Origin: Blastocladiella emersonii ATCC 22665
Taxonomy: Eukaryota > Fungi > Blastocladiomycota
Reading direction: 5' to 3'
Assembly (NCBI GenBank): GCA_025594325.1
Contig: JANHCV010000009.1
Span: 682,001 to 746,000 of the forward strand
Length of the DNA stretch: 64,000 nucleotides
Shown: positions 57,746 to 64,000 of the stretch, piece after piece
Layout of the letters: each line of letters begins with the position of its first letter
Position numbering within the stretch: the first letter of the stretch is position 1
Notes under the pieces: generated by a model
Told to the model about the DNA's origin: nothing
The model's input: only the letters and a program-made list of their open reading frames with translations
Databases searched by the model: none
Program-made: the position numbers and the translations under genes

Positions 57746-59623
57746 ACGGGCGGAGCGTTGACGTGCGCGTCGTGTGCGGGTGCGGGTGTGCTGCGGAGAG
57801 CGCTGGGCGAGCGAGCGGGCGGGGAGGGAGAGCGAGAGCGCGGGCAGCGTGCGGCGGGAGAGAGAGGATGAGAGCGGGGGAGAGAGAGCGGGTGCAGCGA
57901 AACGGGGGCCGTCGCTCGTCGCCCTGTCGCGGCCGCATCTCCCAGTCCCGCTCACTTGTGGGGTGCGTCCTCGCCGCGCCTTGGCATGGCCGTGTCTGGC
58001 GCGAGTTTGCCCACCCCGCTCCCCGTTTCCCTGTCGGCCCCGACGCCGCGTTCCGCGGCCACGGCCATGGCCACGCCGCCCGACTGCGCACGGCCGCGGT
58101 GGCTGCGTGCGCCGCCGAAGCGGGCCGGCCGGCCGAGACCGGGCCAAACGCGACCGACCGGCTGCGCACGAGATCACAGGGCGACGAGTGCTGCGCAGCG
58201 CACCGGGTGCAGAACACGGAGAACGGGGACCGGAGGGGAGGCGAGGGGAGGCGAGGGGCACGTGCGGCGGGCATCTCCCCGCTCGCCGACCCGCATCGCC
58301 GGCCGCGTCCGTCCACCCCTGCCGAGTCCCCACTCATCGCCGCGGCCGGCAGGGGGCGACCCGAGGCGTGGGTGATCACGGTCGCGATGCCCACCGTCGT
58401 CCGTCAACGGGCGCCATGGGAACAGATCTCAAGGGACGGCGCTCGCCGCGTCACCATCCGCTCGGCCGACGGATGAATGAAGGGACGGTCACGCGCGTCA
58501 ACCCCCTCCTCCGCGTCGGCGCCATCTCCTGCATGCGAAACTCGGTGCCCTTGTTCGCGAGGCCTGGTCCCCCGCCACGTCACGCGGCTCACTGGCGCCC
58601 GCGGCGTGGGGGACCGGACGCGACTCGACGGTCCGCGCCCAGAGCCGCGTTTCCGCATCGCGTCTCCCGCATCGGTTCGCGCCGCACTCGTTCTGCTCTC
58701 CTCCCCTGTCTCCTTGTCGTAGGGCGGATGCCTGCCTGGATGCCTGCCCAGCTGCCGGCCGGCCGGGGGTGTCCGGTCGCGGGGCACGGCCCGAGGCGGC
58801 GAATCCAGGCGCGCGGTTCCGGGCGCGCGTCGCGTGTCGTTTCGCCCCCCGATCGCTGCGCCTCCGCCACTACCTCTCGCCGCCCCCTGGCCGCCACCGG
58901 CCGCCCAGTCTGCCCCCCTGCCCCGATCTCTCCCCCTCCCTCGGCTATCTCCGATGCCCGATGCTGGCCGCCGTGCATCGCAGCTGCGATGGCTCGCCCT
59001 TGTCCGGTGCGTTGGGGAAGGTTCCTGCGCTTTGCACAGGCGCGCGGCGCCACGCGCTCCGCGCCCGCCCTCCTCCCGACGCCGTCCCGCTTTCCGCTGT
59101 CCCGTCGGCTCGGGAGAATTTATTTGCGGCCGCCTTCTCTTGTTCTTGCGTCGGCGCCATGGAGAAAGGTCGCGCTCGCGATCGCACTGATCGTCCACGA
59201 CCTCGGGCTGTCTCCCGTCTCTTGACCGACTTCCGCTGCTCGCGCTGCGCCTCTTGACCGACGCCGACAACCCCACTCGGCCGCTCACGCTCTCCCGCGG
59301 CGCACCGTTGTTGCCGCTTCTCTCACCCGCTCCATCGTCTGCGACTCGCCTGCGACTCGCCGACCGTGCTCTCTCCCGCCTGCCCGCCCGCCCGCTACTC
59401 GGCGTCCGTGCTCTCCTTTCCACTCTCGCGCCGCCCTCTCCTTGCCAACGACGATCTCGCTCTCCCGACCCTCGACCATCCACGCGCAGACCTGAACCTC
59501 GCACGAGCCATGACGCACGCTCACCGCGGCCCGCGGCCCGCGCCCCACGCCCCGCCCACGCAATAAGGAAGCAAACCGTACCAGACCGGCACTCTCACGT
59601 GTATCACCCACCAACCCCGCTTC

Positions 59624-61138
59624 CTACTCGCGGAACACCATCTCGTCCTCGGAGAACCCGACCGTGGGGAACGCGCGCGCAAACTGGCGCACCTCCTCGC
59701 GGAGCTTTCCGATCGCGGGGAACTTGGCGGCAACGTCGGCGTGCGAGCCGTCGACGGCGGCCTTGAAGTCCTTGAGCTTCTTGCCCGTCGGGATCGACTT
59801 GGCGACGTCCGTGGCCACATGCACGGCGCGGTCAATGAACTTGGCCACCTCCACGAAATCCTTCTCGGTGGCGCCGCGCGTCGTCATGGCGGGGGTACCC
59901 ATCCGCAGGCCGCCGGGGATCAGGGCCGAGGTATCGCCGGGGACCGTGTTCTTGTTGGTGGCGACGTTGGCGAGCTCGAGGATGCGCTCGACGCGGGCGC
60001 CGTCGATGCCCTTGGGCTTGAGGTTGAGGAGGAGCAGGTGGTTGTCGGTGCCGCCCGACACGAGGTCGTAGCCGTGGTCGAGGAACGCGCGCGCAAACGC
60101 CTGGTTGTTGCGGAGCACCTGCGCCGAGTACGCCTTGAACTCCGGGGTGCGCGTCTGCGCGAGGGCCACGGCGAGCGCCGTGATCGTGTGGTTGTGCGGC
60201 CCACCCTGGTGGCCCGGGAACACGGACGCGTTGATCGGGTTCTGCAGGTCGTACATGACCGGGTTGCCCTTCTTGTCGGTGCCGCGCTGGCCCTTGCGGA
60301 AGAAGATGATGGCGCCGCGCGGGCCGCGGAGCGACTTGTGCGTGGTGGTGGTGACGATGTCGGCGTGGTCAAAGGGGGACGGCAGGTCGCCCGCGGCCAC
60401 GAACCCGGAAATGTGCGCCATGTCGGCGAGCAGGTACGCGCCGACCTTGTCGGCGATCTTGCGCATGCGCGCGTAGTCGTAGTTGCGCGCGTACGCGGAC
60501 GCGCCGGCGATCAGGATCTTGGGCCGGTACAGCGCCGCGTTCTTCTCGAGCGTGTCGTAGTCGATGAACCCGGTCTTCTCGTCGAGGCGGTACGGGAACG
60601 TCTCAAAGTACGCCGAGACGGCCGAGATCTTCTTGGTGTCGGTCTGGTACCCGTGCGACAGGTGGCCACCGTGCGGGAGGTCGAGCCCCATGATGCGGTC
60701 GTGCGGCTTGAGCAGCGCGTAGTAGACGTACAGGTTGGCGGGCGCGCCCGAAAGCGCCTGCACGTTGCACCCCCACTTGGCCGGGTCGAGCCCGAACGCC
60801 TCGAGCGCGCGCTGCTGGCACAGCGACTCGGCCGCGTCAATGAACTCGTTGCCGCCGTAGTACCGCGCGCCCGGGTACCCCTCGCTGTACTTGTTCTGCA
60901 TCACGGAACCGAGCGCCTCCATGACCGACCGCGACGTGAAGTTCTCGGACGGGATCAGGTCAATGCTCTCGCGCTGCCGCTGCTTCTCCTGCTCGATGAT
61001 CCGGTGCACCGCCGGGTCCACGTCGGCCAGGTGCCGGTTCAGCAGCGCCACCTGCGCCTTGCCGTCGAACGCCGGCGCCGACGCCAGCGTGCGGCGCGAC
61101 GCGGCGCGCGCCGCGAGAGTTGAGGTGGTGCGGAGCAT
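59624..61138 (-). CDS. SHM1: Serine hydroxymethyltransferase, mitochondrial
   Basis: [41 protein letters not shown]; presequence [16 protein letters not shown]; intronless. Confidence 0.97.
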   Translation of the reverse strand: MLRTTSTLAARAASRRTLASAPAFDGKAQVALLNRHLADVDPAVHRIIEQEKQRQRESIDLIPSENFTSRSVMEALGSVMQNKYSEGYPGARYYGGNEFIDAAESLCQQRALEAFGLDPAKWGCNVQALSGAPANLYVYYALLKPHDRIMGLDLPHGGHLSHGYQTDTKKISAVSAYFETFPYRLDEKTGFIDYDTLEKNAALYRPKILIAGASAYARNYDYARMRKIADKVGAYLLADMAHISGFVAAGDLPSPFDHADIVTTTTHKSLRGPRGAIIFFRKGQRGTDKKGNPVMYDLQNPINASVFPGHQGGPHNHTITALAVALAQTRTPEFKAYSAQVLRNNQAFARAFLDHGYDLVSGGTDNHLLLLNLKPKGIDGARVERILELANVATNKNTVPGDTSALIPGGLRMGTPAMTTRGATEKDFVEVAKFIDRAVHVATDVAKSIPTGKKLKDFKAAVDGSHADVAAKFPAIGKLREEVRQFARAFPTVGFSEDEMVFRE

Positions 61139-61505
61139 TCTACTGCGCGACGTGGCCGCGTTAGGCGCTCATCTCCGCGAGTCGGCGCGTGGGTGTTGAT
61201 GCATACATGGAAGTGTGTGTGATTCTGGCGAGCTCAGCGTCCAGCGAGGAGAGAGCAGGAGAGCGCGAGCGGGCGGCGCGGTCAAGGTTGGGGGGTGGTG
61301 GCAACGGCCGCACCGCCGGCCCGGTTCTCGCCGCCGCCCGCGACCGCGCGCGCGCGCACGTGGCGTCTCGCAGGCGAACGCGTCCCGTTCAGCCCCGCGT
61401 GACGCCGCGTGCGCTGCCGCCGTCGTTCGCTTCGCTCGGCCCGTCGAGTCACCGCACCTCCGTCCCGCTCCCTCCGCTCTCAACCAACCACCACGACCCC
61501 CTGCA

Positions 61506-62886
61506 ATGGACTCGCCGCACAACTCGGACTCGGACGCTGACCGCATGGACGTGGACGACGTCGCGCCCGACGCGCGCCAGCCGTCGATCGCGGCCGCGTT
61601 CGCCGGCAAGGGCAAGGGGAAGGGCAAGGCGACCGCGAAGCCGTCTTCCGCGCTGCCCGTCCCGCCGCCGTCGTCGACGTCCGTGCTCTCGGCGCCCGGC
61701 GCGGCGCGCAAGCAGCACGACCCCGAGAACCTGCCGTGGGTCGAAAAGTACCGCCCCGTGTCGCTCGACGACCTCGTGTCGCACAAGGAGATCACGGCGA
61801 CGAGTACGGTCTCCCGCTGTCCTCTTCTCCCCACCCCCGCTGACGACCCCAAACAGTCACCAAGTTCATTGACGAGCGCAAGCTCCCGCACCTGCTCTTC
61901 TACGGGCCGCCCGGGACCGGCAAGACGAGCACCATTATGGCGTGCGCGCGCCGCCTGTACGGCCCGCAGTACAAGAGCATGATCCTCGAGCTCAACGCGT
62001 CCGACGACCGCGGCATCGACGTGGTCCGCGAGCAGATCAAGAATTTCGCGTCCACCCGCAAGATCTTCAGCTCCGGGTTCAAGCTGATCGTCCTCGACGA
62101 GGCCGACGCCATGACGCAGCCCGCCCAGGCCGCGCTTCGTCGCGGTACGCTCTTCACTCGATGCTCGCGTTCGACCAGATCTGACTCGCGCCCCCGTAGT
62201 CATCGAAAAGTACACGCGCAACGTGCGCTTCTGCATCATCTGCAACTACGTGTCCAAGATCATCCCGGCCGTCCAGTCGCGGTGCACCCGGTTCCGCTTC
62301 AACCCGCTCGAGCACGACCAGATCGCCGACCGCCTGCGCCACATCGCGTCCGCCGAGAGCGTCGAGCTGACCGACGACGGCATGCAGGGCCTCCTGCGCC
62401 TGTCGGGCGGCGACATGCGCCGCGCCGTCAACGTCCTCCAGTCCGCGCACGCCGCGTTTGGCGTGGTTGATGAGAACGCTGTCTACACGACCACCGCCGC
62501 GCCACTGCCCAAGGACGTCGAGCGGTGTACTAACTGGCTCCTCAATGAGGAGTTTTCGGCTGCTGTGCAGCGTACGCACCCACCCGTTTCTCGTCCGCAC
62601 TTCGTTCACTCACACCCGCGACGTAGACCTCGCCACCCTCCGCACCGAGCGCGGGTACGCGCTGCAGGACCTGCTCGCCGACATGTTCAAGTTCGTGCGG
62701 TCGCTCGACATGGGCAACGCCGCCAAGCTGACGCTCTACGAGGCCATGGCCGACATCGAGTACAAGCTGTCGCAGGGGTGCAGCGACCGCATCCAGGCCG
62801 GCGCGCTCGCGGGCGCGTTCCGTCTCGCCGTCGAGCTCGCGCTCAAGGAGAGTAACAGTCAGCAGCAGCAGATTGGCGCACAATAA
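61506..62886 (+). CDS. RFC3: Replication factor C small subunit (yeast Rfc3 / human RFC5), multi-exon
   Basis: [62 protein letters not shown]. Confidence 0.93.
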
Positions 62887-62934
62887 ATGAGGCGTGTGGG
62901 TCTCTGATTTTTGATCACATCACAACTACTACTC

Positions 62935-64000
62935 TCACTCTTCGCTGATCGTCGGCTCAGCCGGCGGCGCCAACGACCGCGGTCCCGCCGAGCCCGCCGC
63001 GGCAGCAGCGGCAGCGTCGCCCTCGTCGGTCGTCGTGGTGTGCAGCGTCGAGATGAGCCGCTGCATGGTGGGCGGGCACACCTGGGCCTCCTTGGCGATC
63101 CCCGCGACAAACGGGTGCACCAGCAGGTCGGCGGCCGTCGGCCGATTGTGCGGGTTCACCTGCAGGCACAGCTTGAGGAACTCGAGCCCGAGCGGCGACG
63201 CCTTGATGTTGTCCGGGATCGGTGGCGGGGACACGGCGCTACGGCGGGGCGGGGTGGATCAGGTCAGGTGTGGTTGGGGTGAGTGATGCGGCGAGGCGTA
63301 CCAGTGGTAGATGATGGCCCACTGGTTGTCGAGGTGCGACCACGGCGCTAAACACACGCACGCGTGCGCGCGGGCGGGTCAGCACGCGACCCGACACGCG
63401 CTCCCGCTCGAGCCGAGAACGTACCGCGGCCCGTGTACAGCTCGTACAGGACGCATCCGAGCGACCAAATGTCCTGGCACCCGATCCGGCCGCCGGGCGA
63501 GCCAATGATCACCTCCTACGCGTTCGACGTGCGAGTGTGAGCGCGCGAGAGCCCGCGAAGTCGACGACGGGGGAGCGTACGGGCGCGAGGTAGTTGGGCG
63601 TGCCGATCAGGCTCATGGCCGACTGGCCTGCGGCCATGGTCTTCTGGTTCGAGAGCATCTTGGCCGCGCCGAAATCGACCAGCTTGATGTTGCCGTTCTG
63701 GTCGAGCAGGATGTTCTACACCATGGCGCGCGCGTGTCAGCACCACATCCCCGCACACCACGAAACGCAACGCACGTCGGGCTTGATATCGCGGTGCACG
63801 ATACGCTTCGAGTGGAGGTACTGGAGCCCGAGGAGAATCTGGTACGTTACGCGCTGGATGATGCGCTCGTCGAGCCCGCCGACATCGACGATCGACGACA
63901 GCGTGCCGTTCGGCACGTACTCCATGAACAGGTACACCTTGTCGCGGTGCACCTCGATCCCGTAGTACTGCACCACGTTCGGGTGCGACAGCTGCTCCAT
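62935..64000 (-). CDS. SSK2: MAP kinase kinase kinase, SSK2/Wis4-like kinase domain (5' part outside window)
   Basis: HPNVVQYYGIEVHRDKVYLFMEY, HRDIKPD|NILL, DFGAAK, GTPNYLAP|E, DIWSLGCV, PWSHLDNQWAI. Confidence 0.85.

Noticed and set aside
1-64000. CRISPR arrays, rRNA, tRNA, telomeric repeats
   Set aside because: No regularly spaced repeat-spacer array or recognisable structural RNA seen by eye; a tRNAscan/Infernal run would be needed to exclude small RNAs.

Overview
Gene-dense, GC-rich eukaryotic (fungal) DNA with short GT-AG introns, mostly about 55-85 nt with GTACGC/GTACGT donors. Intron style and gene content suggest an early-diverging zoosporic fungus, probably Blastocladiomycota (Allomyces/Blastocladiella-like); this is inference, not a database result. 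Recognisable core genes: PI31, a centrosomin/Mto1-like coiled-coil protein, a 4xCX9C protein, MCM3, a DUF4203-like membrane protein, a soluble guanylyl cyclase, MCU, ALG11, an mL45/Mba1-like protein, TAF1, an Sso1-like syntaxin, an RGS protein, an HMG-box factor, mitochondrial SHMT, RFC3 and an SSK2-like MAPKKK cut by the right edge. These are interrupted by lower-GC accessory islands at about 1-10.4 kb, 20.9-27 kb and 33.4-37.7 kb. The left island is the most interesting. It holds (i) an ORF missing from the supplied track that runs off the left edge and carries a family-A-polymerase-like GRLYA..SLQNL motif, as in TVpol proteins of virophages and Polinton-like viruses; (ii) clustered GCAAATTTGC palindromes; (iii) a beta-rich orphan ORF whose stop codon is the terminal CTAG of (iv) a Rep-less, frameshifted Helitron. 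Other highlights: a 24-nt fixed-spacing motif upstream of three unrelated genes, a dispersed LRR gene family (two genes plus a fragment), a DUF4470 pseudogene with four in-frame stops, an RGS protein with six KL..(F/L)G repeats, and a TAF1 with a degenerate bromodomain. Most long ORFs in the supplied track are antisense or off-frame shadows of GC-rich genes. All domain calls are by-eye motif recognition; no searches were run.
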